Shown one piece after another: positions 49,901 to 63,200 of a stretch of DNA of 64,000 nt (its first letter is position 1; each line of letters starts with the position of its first letter). The DNA is from Lama guanicoe (taxonomy: Eukaryota), in the NCBI GenBank assembly GCA_013239625.1, contig MU053881.1, positions 6,161,957-6,225,956 on the forward strand. Reading direction: 5' to 3'. Made by a program: the position numbers and the translations under genes. Under the pieces are notes generated by a model, which was given only the letters and a program-made list of their open reading frames with translations, searched no databases and was not told the origin of the DNA.

Positions 49901-50724
49901 AGGGAGTCTGGGGGCCGAGAGGACTCCTCTGGCCGCTCTGATCATCACGTAGCGCAGCACCCTAATCCCCTCGACCCAGGGAAGCCTGACTGGAAAGCAC
50001 AGAAAAGATGGAAACATCGAGAACACAAGCAGGAGGTCAGGTTCTTAAGTCAGTGTAGACAGCAAAAACTGAGCAGTCACAAAACCTCCGGACTGCTTCC
50101 TGCCTGAGTATCAGCTGAAGCTGCTGGCTTTGACCTAGAGCCCCAGGCTGCACGGCCGAGACACGTTTGCCTGGTGGGCTCTCATCAGCAGTGGCCCACA
50201 CCTTCCTCTCCTCCTCGCTCCAGGCCAGATGCTGGGTAAGTGGCAGGCCCCATGGAACTGCCAGGATTATTAGTTTTTTCCCGTTGTTGAGTGTAGGTTA
50301 GATACACCTGTGATCTGATCGGAGCGTATAACAGATCCAACCAGTTCTCTTTTGTGTAGGCACCGCGAGATTGGGTGCTTCCTTGAATGCTTCTTCATCC
50401 TTGGGACAGGATGACCCACCCAAGAACTCCCACGTGGGACGCCACTCTTCCCCAGGAGTCCTCAATGCCCCTTCCCAAGGCCGACTCTGGCAAGGCTGTG
50501 GGGGGATGGGGAGGGTGCTGTTCCAAATGGGTCCCTGCTGAATGGGGGTTCAGTGTGCAGTCTGATGTGCTCTGGAAACATCTCAGCTTCCCCACTCCCT
50601 TTTCCTCCCTCGGGAAGGGCACAGACTGGAACTCGGTCCTCTAAGGGAAATCAGTATCCCTTTCCAGGTTTCAGGGGAGAAGCTTGTGGCCAAACTCAAC
50701 CTCTCCAGCAAAGGCCAGATCGGA

Positions 50725-51228
50725 GTCGTGGCAAGCGGCTTGGAACATGGCTCCGAAGATCCTGCCTCCCACCCTTGGATAACCCTTCCCCTCGGGTGCG
50801 GCCTGGTCCTCATGCTTCCCTTCCAGCGAAGGGAATACAGCAGAAGTGACGGTGCCCTGAGACTGGGGGTTAAAAGGTTGCGGCTTCCAGACTGCTGTGC
50901 TCCCGGGCTCGTCTCCCCTGCTCGCTGATAAAGCAGGATGCCACGTCGTGAGCTGCCCTACGGCGAGGCCGCTCGTGGAGGAGCTGAGGCTCAGTCTACC
51001 AGTCTGTGAGGAGCTGACTCTTGCCGCCAGCCACGAGTGCACGTGGAAGCAGATCCTTCCACGGCCGAGCCTCGTGACGATCACGGCCCTGGTGGACAGC
51101 GCTGACTGCGGCCTGGGAGAGAGCCCGAGGCGGAGCGCCCGCAGGAGCCGTGGGATGAGCGGTGTTGTTGCTCTGAGCCACTGCGTTTGGGGGTAATTTG
51201 CTGTATAGCAGTAGAGTTCTGAAAAACA
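50725..51228 (+). mobile_element. MLT1E/F-like MaLR LTR, unusually CpG-rich
   Basis: gtgagctgccct..., tggaagcagatccttcc, gagccactgcgtttgggggtaatttgctgtatagcagtaga follow the MLT1 LTR layout. Confidence 0.7.
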
Positions 51229-52953
51229 CGTGGAAATGGATGTAAATATTAACTGGTTTCAACCCACCATTCTCAAATTTAGGTCGTGGAAGAGAACAGG
51301 AATTCGTCTCAGGTGACAAGGATCTGGGTTCAAGTCCTGCTTGTGAGACCTGTAAGCTAGGTACCACCTTTGAGCCTCAGTTTCCTCACCTGAAAAGTGG
51401 GAGTGATGCTGTCTGCCTTCACAGGGCTGTTGTGAGGACTAAGGCAGGGGACCAGAGGGGAGGGCGTGGCGGCTGGTCCACCGCTTTGCTGAGTCTGTCC
51501 CCTGGCGGGTGCTGTGCCTCACGGTGTGCTCTGTAAATCCAGCCCCACGAGCAGGCCTGATGACCTCCTCCCTGAGCAGCTCTCCAACGCCAAGACGGAG
51601 CCTTCTCTGGCTGGTGTGAAACCACCTGGCAGCCTTGGGCAACGCAGTCAAGAAAGGCAAGTGCACTTGGGGATCTTCGAGTGAGCATTTTAATGTAAAT
51701 GACATGATGCTTTTAGGTCTCGGGCCTTTGTAAAGAAAACAGTGCCAGAATGGGATAGGCCTTCTATGAGGAATTTCGGGGGGATGCGTGGTATGCAGTA
51801 ATAAGCCCCCGAGAAACAGAAAATTCTCGATCCAGACACCTCCAAACAGTTGAAGTTTTTTTTATGAAGTTCAGAATTGCCTTTTCAAGGAAAATTATAT
51901 ATCCCGCTGCTAATGAAATACGTAAAGCCGAGGTTTACGTCTCCATTAAGTACCGGAAGTAACCCTAGAACACACTTTTCCCTGATTTCCTGGGTTCACA
52001 CATGGAAGACAAACACTTGGAGATAAACTTGGGTGACTTTGCTTTTATGCGACAAGCCTGTTGTGAAACTCAACCATCAAGAAAGGCTTCACGAAACACT
52101 AGTCTGAGAAACGAGGTCGTAACAAGAGGCTGTGGACTTACTTCTTCTTCAACAGTACGGCCAGCTTTTCATGTCTTATCAGAAATGGTTATTACAAGCC
52201 TGAACCATGAAGACAGAGCAGTGAGACGCCAAGCCATTTGACAGTGGCAATGCCAAGTGAATAGCCTCGTTACAGTCTATCCCAAACTGTAAAAGGCCTC
52301 CTCCGTGTCCTTGTCCTCGGTTTGGGTTGCACTGCAGTCCTCACAGTGATGAGAGTTTTTGTGGAGGTATGGCAACCAGCTGATATCCTCATTCTCCGAA
52401 AATCTGTGCTTTAGCACCTAGAACTGTTTCGGGTGGCTCAGGAAGGCAGAGCTGCTCTGAGTCTGTATTTTAATTAGATAGCTTCAGCATCTCTTAAAAA
52501 TTAAATGGAGGCAGAAGGACTGGGTGTTGGCAGCACCCAGAACTTCTTGCTGGGGCTACCTGGGCCTTCTGAGGAAATAGCTCTGCAGGCAGTAATTGCA
52601 CAGCTTAATTCTTCTAGACTAAACCACTTCAGATTTATGCCAGTGAAAAGCAAATGTTGTTTGTAAGACATTTAATCGTGTTACTGTCTCTCAACTTTAT
52701 CAGATGCCGCGGAGGCGGGGAGGGCCGGGTGCAGTCCTGTGGGATGCGCTGGACAGCTCCCAGCCCCTGCTAAAGGCCCGCAGCTCAGAGCCCCCGCGCT
52801 GCTGCTTCCGGACTCATAGCTACCTGCCACCAACTTCGCAGGTTCAAGTGGTGTTTGTCTCAATCTGGGACCCTGCTGAAGGCTGCACCTCCAACAAAAT
52901 CACAGCCTTGACTGCAGAACCATTAACTAGTACACAGTTAGGTGCAAACCTGG

Positions 52954-52959
52954 TTTATT
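52954..52959 (-). terminator. Candidate RANBP17 poly(A) signal
   Basis: AATAAA on minus strand about 310 nt after the stop; ATTAAA variants lie further downstream, so the true 3' end is uncertain. Confidence 0.4.
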
Positions 52960-53265
52960 ATGTTCTTTGGTTAAATACTGTTTCTACATCCTTTCAGAGC
53001 ATTATAAGAACAAAGATAATGATGTTTCATAGAAAGACTGAAAACACATATTTCGCTTTTTCAGTGTGAAGACTGAATTTATAATTTTTGTGCACTATTA
53101 TAAATTCTTTTAACTAGGCTAAACTTACAAAAATGTAGGGCTTTTGTTGTTTGTTTGTTTGTTTGTTTTGAAAAATAGATTCCCCTAGCCAATATCACTG
53201 TCCTGGGACCCAGACCCACAAAAGTCTCTTGATAAAGGCTGCTTGGCACATGGTCAGAAGTCAGG

Positions 53266-53362
53266 TCAGCTCATCATGTCCAGGCCACAGGACTCAGGGC
53301 TGCCATCGCTGCGCAGGGCCTCTGCCACATCTCTTCTGAAGACGGAAAGGTTCTGGGTGAAC
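53266..53362 (-). CDS. RANBP17: RAN-binding protein 17 (exportin-7 paralogue), last coding exon
   Basis: tttccacag|G TTC ACC...; (R)FTQNLSVFRRDVAEALRSDGSPESCGLDMMS*; stop at 53266-53268; not visible in the ORF track. Confidence 0.95.
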
Positions 53363-54379
53363 CTGTGGAAAGAGGAAGACCGGGCCGAGGGCAGTGGTGG
53401 GGCCGAGGCTGTGTGAACCTCTGGATGCTGAAGCCACAGTGGAGTTCAGGACCCTGGAGAGGGCCCTAGACCCTGCTCCTTCCTCCCATTTTCTGGGCCA
53501 CTACTTTCCCTCCAGCAGCACCCTTCTCCTTCCCCTGTCGTGAAACAAGCGTTACCAGCAAATGCACTCTGACCATTTTGAGGGGTGCATTCTGTGGTTA
53601 TGCTATTTAAAAATTATTTTAAAAAGTCAAATTACACATAGATGGTAAGGAATATAACGAAAAGAACAAAAGCTTATGTGCCAGGCATTGGTCAAGTTTA
53701 CATATTAATTCATTTAATTATCACAAGTCTTCCCCAAAATAGGTATTAACAGCCTCATTTGCAGATAAGAAAATTGAACTTAATGCTTCAAAAACAGAGT
53801 GTACTGGGTAAGACTACGTAGGTTCAAATCCTGGCTCCCCGACTAAGCTGGGTGATCTCAGATGAATACTTAACCTCGTCTTGGTGCCCGCACGAGTGGT
53901 TACCTTACGGGGCTGTGGGAAGGAGGAATTTACTGAGTCCAGTGAGACAGTGCCGGGCGCGTGGATCGCCCAGTCCTGGCGGGCTGGTGCTCTCATTAAA
54001 CAAGGAGCTTGTCTGACACCGTTTCACAGAGAGGCTCACGAGGTGGTACTCACATTCTCAAGCCTCAAGGGAAGTAGTTTCCTCCCTGAGGCACCCAGGG
54101 AAGGTTCCCTCCTTCCTTCCTTAAGTCTCTCCTCCTGCTGGCTTCGGAGGCTGCCCCTTCCTGCCCGACAGAGGGTCTTGGCACAGAACAAGCAGTCAAG
54201 AGAACATGTCCGCAAAGCCCGTCCGACTTGGCCTTGTGTTACCAAAGGAGCCTCTCATCACGGAGACCAATAATTTGTATTTCAAATAGTGTAGCATCTG
54301 AATGCTGCCGCTTTTATAGAAGGATGAGGCGGGCAGGTTTCTTTTTTCCCTGAAAACATTTTCTTTCTCCCATCATTCA

Positions 54380-54960
54380 TTATGCCTGTCTCTTCCACTA
54401 GACACTCCTTGAACAATGCGTTCCCCACTGGTATCCCCAGTGCCTGGCACATAGTAGAATCTCAATAAAATTTTGTGAACTAAATGAATTAATGAATGCA
54501 TGAATGAATTCAGGCAGAGGTGGTAAGTTCCAGTTCCTCTCATCAAGATCTCATTGGCAACTTACCTGTCTGTGTTTTTGCAAAACCAGCCACTTTCAAA
54601 CATCACAACCAATTACCATCATGTCTGCTTTACTTGTGAGGAAACTGAGGATCAGAGAAGCTGATTGCCTTACTCAGTGCCACACAGCTTATAAAGGGCT
54701 GGGTTAAATTAAAATTGGAGTCTATTTGACCTCAAAGCCTATGCTTGTTCAAATGCCAGGAAGCCTCTCTTTGTCCTTCATAGCAGATCTAAGCTCTCCT
54801 TCTTTTGGCCTTTTCAGTTATTTTTTTTTCTTTATATCTCTCCTGCTGGATTATAAACCGCTTAAGGGCAAAGGCTGCATTTTATTCACCTCAGCATCCT
54901 GCACAGCGCCTAGCATGACGCTTGGAAGAAAGCAAATACTCAGGCATGTTTATTGGAGGC
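54380..54960. mobile_element. L2/MIR fragments in the RANBP17 last intron
   Basis: ccccagtgcctggcacatagtag...tcaataaa...gaatgaatgaat L2 3' end signature; gaggaaactgagg MIR core. Confidence 0.65.
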
Positions 54961-55105
54961 AGCTAAATCGAATCTAGGATTACCAGCTGTAACAGAAAAG
55001 CCGCATCAGTCTGGGAGCTGTGTTAATACGCACAATCCAGCTATTTGCTACAAACCTGGAACATCTGCCTCCCCTAGAGATGCTCAGCTGCTGGGTGTTG
55101 CTTAC

Positions 55106-55233
55106 CTGTCTCTGTTCTTGACAGACAGATTCTGCTCCACTCCTTCCATCAGGCTCCTGAAGCACTGGGCAAGGACCTCCTGCTTGGGGAGCGGCTGGCT
55201 GCTTATCAGACTTGCCCTCAGTTCACTGAAGTA
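55106..55233 (-). CDS. RANBP17: RANBP17 penultimate coding exon
   Basis: caacag|TAC...GACAG|gtaag; YFSELRASLISSQPLPKQEVLAQCFRSLMEGVEQNLSVKNRD(R); 128 nt, phase matches the last exon. Confidence 0.95.
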
Positions 55234-57124
55234 CTGTTGGGAGACAGAAGGAGCGTCAGCGCTCGGGCTCCAAACCTGGGCCTGAGGGGGGCTGCGGGGG
55301 AGGGGGCAGACCAGCTCTGAAGTGCTCGGGGCTCCTAACGCTCAAAGGAGCTCTGGTCCAGACCCACTGTGGACTTTAAGCCTTTAAAGAAAAGCAAAGC
55401 AACAGAGACATTCCTGAGTGTAAGCTGTACCATCCCTTTCCATAAAAACCTCTTGCTCTAACTGTTTTATTGTCACTGAACAATGTAGGCTGATGGGAGT
55501 CCTCGCCTCCTCGGTGGGGACCAAGAACACTCACGTCTTCCTGACTCTCACCCCCGCTAATCACAGAACACCCGACAGAGGAAGGGCTCTCAGGCCGAGG
55601 GGAGGAACTTCACTGAAGATGGCCAGGAAGCAGGTTGGTGACTGCAGGCCAGGCCCAGGATCCCCCTCAGGCCTCCTCATCTTCTGTGGCTTTAGTGAAC
55701 GACTACCCCTCAAACCATCCCAGGCTCTGTCCCAAGTCCCCGTCCTCCTGGGTTAGGACGGGCCTGCTAGGTGAGGTGGGCTGGAGGGGCGTGCTTCGTT
55801 CTGGGAGAGCGTTCCGGCACTAAGGGAGGTGCCTGTCACACTCGGTCTCCAAGAACCGCTCGGCCCCTTCCCCTCTGCCGGGGCCCCTGGGCTTTCGTAC
55901 AAACACCAACTCTTCTGCTAAAAGTGGCTCCTAATCATTGGGAACAGCCTAATTTTAGCACAGAGACAATATTTTGCTGGTCACGTGTTTATCCTTCCAA
56001 GTCCAAACAGCATGATATTTAATTTCCATCATACGTTAAAACAGCTCACATCAAAAACACACATAATTAATATGTAGTCAGACTAATACTTAAATACTAT
56101 ATATCAGAGGCATTACACTTAAACCACAGTGTCTTCCTGAACAAGATTGGGAATGCACAAAACTACTTATTTTTCCCTTTTATAATGATGCAGTGACTCA
56201 CACCAAATAGAAAATTATTAGTTTTTCATCCCAAACCATGAAATATTGCCTCCATCAGTAAAGTATAATATCGTGATGTCATAAGCTTTTTCTAAACACT
56301 GAATTTGCCCTTATTCCCTCTCAATCATTTTAAAAGAACTGCTCTCTTTTATAGAGCTTGGATTTAAATCACAATAACACTGAGGGAAGATGAATGACAC
56401 CGCTATTGAATGTGGCTAAAATTGGATACTTCAGCACAGGTGAGTGATGAGACAGCTCTCCTCTTTTTGATATATTTTCTTCTTCTATTAGTTTCCTTCC
56501 AAGGCTGGGATTTCAGTTTGAATTTTAATGTATGCGGCTGCCTCTAATCTCACTGTCTTTTTCCCCAGTACTATCTTATTGTATAGACAATTCATTCTCC
56601 CCAGCAGTAATGCACTGTTCCTGCCGACTGCTGGGGAGACGGGCGGGTCACAGGGCAAGCCGGAGAGCTTGGGAGGCCGCCCGGAGTGGCGCGTGCTCCT
56701 GCCGAAGGGTGCTGCCTCTGGGGTGACCGCGAGCGGCTGCTGCTGCCAGCGAGGGCAGTGGGCGTCTCAGACATGAGAGGAGGCCAAGGAAGGAGCAAAG
56801 GGGGTTGCTGCCCAGAATCTCGGGCAACAGGGAGGGGAGTGAGGGTGAGTCTGAAGCAGTGCTGAGCAAACCGCCTGCCCAGTGCAGGGGCTCTGGGCTC
56901 CAGGAGAGCTAGTCTTGAGGCCTCGGCTTACCTGAAGGAGATCTGAGGCCTTTGGGGAAGGGCCTTCTGGGGGAACATGGCCTTGTCCCCGGGGGCTCAA
57001 GTCCCCAGCTCAAGCTCAGTTGGGTCCCCTGTCTGTCGTTGTCACAGCCTGGCCTGGCGTACGGCTGCGCCCTCTTCCCCGGGATCGCTTCCTCTCTGCC
57101 TCAGTTTCCTGCAATCACACTCAC

Positions 57125-57223
57125 CTTCTCATTGAGCAGGATGAGCCCCAGGAGAGGCCTGGATACTGACCACTGGTTCCGACAGTCTTCAAAGACAATA
57201 GTGTTCATGAGGACAGACATCGT
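57125..57223 (-). CDS. RANBP17: RANBP17 third-last coding exon; upstream exons lie beyond the right edge
   Basis: cttctag|ACG...AAG|gtgag; [33 protein letters not shown] (XPO7/RANBP17 conserved block); 99 nt. Confidence 0.95.
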
Positions 57224-60200
57224 CTAGAAGACAGAGTCACATGAAGACATTGGTGCCTTGGCTCAGAGTCCCCCCAGTCCGAGGCCTTCTATGTGCTCAC
57301 ATTTTACCCCCGAATCTTGCCCACAGCCACGAGGACTCTTCCTGCTCAAGCAGCTTGGACTCTGGAGGCCTGCAATGCTGCCTGCAGGAGCTCTTGGCAA
57401 AGACGCTCAGCTCCCTGAGGAAAAGCCCCCACCACCAAAAGCTCTGCTGAGAACCTTCCGGGCGCACAGCAGTCAGAGGCCACAGCTTCAAGAGGATCGG
57501 TCCCTGCCTCTCAGCTCTGATGTGCTTTCCTCTAAGCTCGGTCACCAGGCAAAAGCCCAGGTCACCATCCTTTCCGCCTCTCATTTCACCAACAAGGTCA
57601 AGTTATGGAGGGGGGACATCTCTCCACAACCCTCCTGAGAGAGAGAGAACAGGGACACATTCCAGGTAACCCTGGAAATCCTGTTTCCTGCTGGCGCAGG
57701 CAGAGTCCTCTCCTTCGTTCTTCATTCTTTCATTCATTCCCTTACTCACTTCACTCCTACATTTTATGCTCATCCATCCTCTTGAATTCAAAGTCTGCAA
57801 GACACCTGGGAGAGGGTAAGAGAACACAGGCACCTGCCACAACCTCTGTCCCTGAAGCTAAGAGCTTCCTGGGGCAGACCGCTCAGCAAAGGAGAGACCA
57901 GAAACAGGGCTGGCAAAGCGGCTGCAGGCAGGCAGGGGACAGGATGCCTCTGGGGCCTTGAGAAGTCAGGAGAGACTCCACAGAGAAGGTCGTGTTTTAG
58001 TTCATCATAAGTGTGTTCTAAGCAGAGGAAGCAGCCAAAAAGGAGGTTGAGAATGAACGCAGCGGGTTCTGCCATGGTAAGGAACTTAGTGCGGTGGGGG
58101 AGAAGACAGGGGGGCCAGAAGCAAGACCCCAGTATAGGCTGGAAGACCACGATGAAGAATGTGGACTCCCTCCTGATGGCAGTGGGAGCCAGTGATGGGT
58201 TTACAGCAAAAGAGACACTTGCTTAGATTTGTACTTAAGAAAGATCTGTCTGGGGACATGGAGAATGTGTACTGTGCAGGTGACACTGAAGGAAGGAGGC
58301 CAGAGAGACGGGGCTGCTGCGACAGGCCAGGCAAGGAGCAGTGAAGCGAGCTTCGGTCGTCTGTGTGGAGCTGTTGCTACAGCTTCAGCTTCTTGGACTC
58401 TACCTCCCACCTCCAGCCTTTCTGCTTTCACTGCTTCAGAACTCCTTTCCCCAAAGGAGGGCGGGGGAAACTGGCAATTATGTGGTAAAGGCTACCACAC
58501 ACACCACCCCTGACTAAGCTCTGCTGGCATCTGGCTTTGTCCTCTGGCATTTCTGCAGCCCAATCTACCCTGTGATGTCAGGCAAGCTACTAAACCTCTC
58601 TCGCTGTGTCTCAGTTTCATTAGCTATAAAGACGTGAGTGATAATCCAGCACAAGGAAGCTCTGAGAATCAAACGAGATGGTGGATATAAAAAGTGCTGC
58701 AAAGAGTAAAAAAGTGTTATAAACTTTAAGGTGTATAAATGCAATAGTAGTGAGCTCTGAACATCCACCATCCCATACATCACAGTCATCCTAACAGTTA
58801 GGCTGGCTGCACATGAAACCTGCCAGTTCCACATTTGCTGTATGTCCAGTGTCCCCAGGGAAAGGCTAGATCTTAAGCCTGGCATGTTGAACATCATTTG
58901 CAGATCACGTTTCCATGTACAATCTAACAAGCCATCCAAAGTCATAGAGCCACAAATTAAATTGACAAGCAAAACTAACAGATCCATGGAGACAGTCTAA
59001 AATATTATGGGCTTCACGATTTGAAGGCAGAATGGATATTTTAATGGAAAAGATTAAAGTTAGAGGCACCAAACTCCTCCAGTAACTGACAAAGCATCCT
59101 GAAGTGATGTGCCAATTACTTTATACGGTTCTCCTGTGGATTCATTTGTCTGAATGCATGTATTTATGTCTGTAATAAGTAAGGAGATGTTTGAATAAAA
59201 TACTTTTCTAAAAATAAAGTTGGCTAAAATGGATGATTTTTTTTCTCTTTTACTCTTCCGGAAAAATGGAAATTACTGAGCAAATCTGCTCAGATGGTAT
59301 TGATGTGGCAACTCATTTCCAAAGTTCTTTTTCCTCATAATCTTAGAGGATATGGGGAAACAGTTCAACCAATATGGCAAATTCCTTTGGAGAAAGGCGC
59401 TCCATATGGAAGAACACTGAGTGAAATGCTTAAGTACAGATTCCTGTTCCGGGTAATGTGAAATCTCTGATGGGAGGCTCTCTATGGTTATCGAAGCAAA
59501 CAAGCCAGGACTGAAAGGAGAGCTTCTGGTGACTCTGCACCCCGCCGACCCCGGCTACACTGAGCCACAGAGCAGCATCAGTGTTCAGCACAAGGGCTGC
59601 TGCAGGAGCCGGGCCTCCCCTCCCAGCACCTCTGCCCCCTTCCTGCACTGTTACAGGCAGGGCCGGCATGGCCATTTCAGACTTGCCCAACCCAGGCCAC
59701 GCTTCCCATAGCCCTAGTCCAGAGAGCACATACATTATCCGCTGTGTCCGCCCACGCGGCCATCCTGCTCCAGGGAACGGACAGCTTGGGAAGGGGAGTC
59801 TTGTGGCTTGGTCCACACAGGAAAACCAGACTCCACCGACTCGAGCGCTTCCTTGTTCTTCCTCTTTCCCACAGGCTTCAGCATGAGTTCATAGAAATTT
59901 TCTTTCAAAGAAACGAAACTAACATGGTGCAGTAGAGGCAGGCTTGGGAGCCAGTCAGGGCTGAGGCCAAATCGGCCCTGCCCTCACGTAACTCTGTTTC
60001 ACTTCTGCTCTGGGGGATGATGGCCACCACTTTGAAGGGCTGCTGGCTGTGAGGACCGACTTCCTTTGGAGGAACTCACTCATTACTAGTGTTCCTTTAC
60101 TCTGACTATGGTTACCCCTCCCTGGCCTGACCCACTGGAGTCTCATGGCTCAAGGAGGCGCCCCATTTCATGTCTTGATCATGTACAGATAAATGAGACA

Positions 60201-63200
60201 GTCTCTTCACAATTAGCTAGCTTCATTGGGAGTCGCAGTGAACCCCCCCCAAAAAACCCCTAAAATAGAAAACAGTCCAAAAAACATTCCTATTTGTTCT
60301 GGCACACGAATTTGTGTAGGTTTTGAATGATAGTGTTTCTGTTGTTCTGAAAATCTGTAACCTTCCAGATAAAACACGAAGCTACTCTACAAATATCTGA
60401 CCTGGAAAAGCAAAACAAGACAATGGATCTCTGTTCACACTTCGGCTCCTCTCCTATGACTCTGCCCTAAAACGGGACATAAAACGCAAGCACAAAGCAA
60501 AGTGGACTTTCCCACTTAAATATGCTGGGTCGCTGTCTCTCCACAGCACAGTGGTAACTACATGCTCTCCCTTCAGATGCCTCCTGTTCCATCTTTTGCT
60601 GACATAGAATAAGCAAAGATGTGCTTTGTGTTGGAGGCCTTACTGCTAAATGGTGAGGACGTACTCCTTCTGCGGAAGCTGGAGGCTCAGTGGGCCTAGA
60701 AGTTGGACGGAGAAGGATGGCTGCAGAGGTGCGGCTGGAGTGAGGGCAGGGTGATGGCTGCAGCGGGGTGGGGAAGGGAGACCAGAATGAATAAGTAAAT
60801 GCACGAATGGGAACGGAGGAGGCAAACACCAGCTAAAGTATAAAGAGCCAAGTTGCTGAAAGGGGACTGACTAATCCGCTGTTTATTTCCAAGGATCCTG
60901 CTTCTGTGTGCAGAGCCTGTGAACCCTTCTGAGCCACTGTGGCCTCTCTAGCCAGCAGCTCCCAGGAAGGGCCCTCGTGGGGGCTTTCAGGTCACCAAGG
61001 CCAAGGGCTGAGGCACCATCTTTTTCTATGACAAGCGCTTCCGCCTCAGAGCAAGCTGCGCCTGCGCGATCTCACTGCCCAACAGTAACAGACGCTGTCT
61101 ACGGGGAGGCCTTGGGAGCTCAGCCCTGTCAGGCACGCGCACGCTCCGTCTCTAACCTCCAGCTAACCCTGAGGAAAACACCACCCCCACTTCATAGATG
61201 AAGGATCCTAAGTTCCGAGCACGTAAGTAACTTGCTCAAAGCATCACAGCCAGGAGCTACCACGACATGAAGTGGAGCAGGGTATGTGCGCAGGTCGGCG
61301 CCCCCCGCAGGCCGTCTGTGAGTGAGGACCGAGCCTGCCAGCACTGTCTGGCCCCCACTGCAGACTTCCGGCAGGTTAATGGTGCGGGAGGAAAGGCGTG
61401 TTTCCGGGCGTGGCTCACTCTTCCCTCTTCAGTGGGCCTCCCGATAGGCTGCCCTCTGTATCTCCTCTGTCCACCAGTCTGCCACCTGCCCCAGGCAGAC
61501 AGCTACTGAAATCCCTGTGATTAGAATCCGGGGCAGCAGCTCCTGCTGACTTTGCCGCAGACCTTCTTGCCTCCCACCTAAGCTTTTATAAATTTGGTTA
61601 CCGTATTTTCAGTCTCTCAAGATGGACAACAGTAGACATAATTAATAGTGTCTCTGGAAAATGGCCCATTGAACCACTGGTTTCCCTCCCACCAAAAGTA
61701 CCGCGGATACAGCAACTTACATTAACATCTGCAAAAACGGTAAATTAACTAACTTCCTTTGAGTTAAAATACTTTCTATAAAGTGAACCCTTTTCATTGT
61801 TAATGTTCTTTGAGCACATTGAATAATAAAACCAAGAAATAATTCCCAAAGTCTAAGAAGTAGGTGAAAAAATTCAAGCTCCTCCCTCTTGCTCCCTATC
61901 TGCTTCACACAGACAAAGCTGAACCTGAGTGGTGATATGCAGGAACCCCGGTCTACGGGGATCAAGTCCTGAATGTGTTTACGGGACTTCAGCTCTTCCC
62001 TCTCTACCCTTGGTTCAGGGCTGCGTGACATTGTAGTTACACTGCAGCTGCGCTGCCTGCTGCTCAGGGAAATGGAGGATGGGAATGGGGCGAGAGTAAC
62101 CTGTCTTGTCCAAAAGGTGGCGGAAGGAGGGCCCGAGAAGGAAGCTTTGGTTTAGACAAAAGAAGGACAGATCAAAGGAAAGATGAGAGATGTGCCTAGC
62201 TCCAGACAGAGATGGAAATAGGAGGGCAGAGCAAGGATGACCAGCGCTGTGCCCTAGAGGGTGTTCCTGCAGACTAGGGCGCCTTAATCTGCTCGGCAGG
62301 GGCCTTGAGAAGAGGGGGTAGGATACAAAATTATAGGTACCACTGGCCAAGCTAGATTGCCTTTGATTTTGATGCAAAGAGTTGTTTCACGTTTTGAGGA
62401 TCAAAACAATGCATCAAACACCCAAGAGCTGTTTCTGAGTCTCGGGACTCCTTTGGCACATGTGACTGGCCTTCTGAAAGGCCAGTGAAGAGAGGCGGGG
62501 GAAGGTTCGCCCTAGCAACGGCGGTAAAAACAACAAAACAAAAAGCATGCTGTCTGGATAGTGCTGTAGAATCTGAAAAAGCAGAGAAAGCTTCTACCTA
62601 TCTCCACAGCAGCTCCTCCAGAGCCCCGTGCCCCGGCTGAAGATCCTGGGTCTGGAAGCATCTGAATGCTGCCAAAGGAGGAAGAGCTCCCAGGTTTTCA
62701 GGGCGTGTGGAAGTAAGGGAGCTGCTGTCATTGCTAAGCGTTGTTTCCGAGGCCACGTGCACAGCAGATATTGAAATGTGACCCTCCTCAAATTAGATAC
62801 AAGTCATCTTTAGGGAAAAGGAATCAACTGTTCTCTTTATCTGCTGTCTACCAATGTAATATTAATGGAATGTTATGAAAAATGAAAGAAATGGACAAAC
62901 AAGCATGTATTTTTCCTGCCTGGGTTAACTAGGTCCCACCACCTAAGTTATATTAAATCTTCTAATATCTGTACATTTTAAGTACATTCCTAAGTTCTCA
63001 TAGTGTCTTTGCAGCCTCATAACAGAAGCAAGTATTTAGCACTTTAAATAAAAAAAAAAAACCAAACAAAATGCAAGATGAGATGAGCCTCTTTTTAAAA
63101 GGAACAAGATTGCAATCAATTACAGGTGACCCATTCTCCTCTGAAAAATCATCTGGGAGTCTTGTCTCTTTGTCTTTTGGCTTGTGTCTAATACTAGCTT

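Noticed and set aside
56928..56940. Strong minus-strand donor (CAG|GTAAG) in a RANBP17 intron
   Set aside because: The flanking RANBP17 exons already join in frame to give continuous XPO7-family sequence, and I found no convincing paired acceptor.
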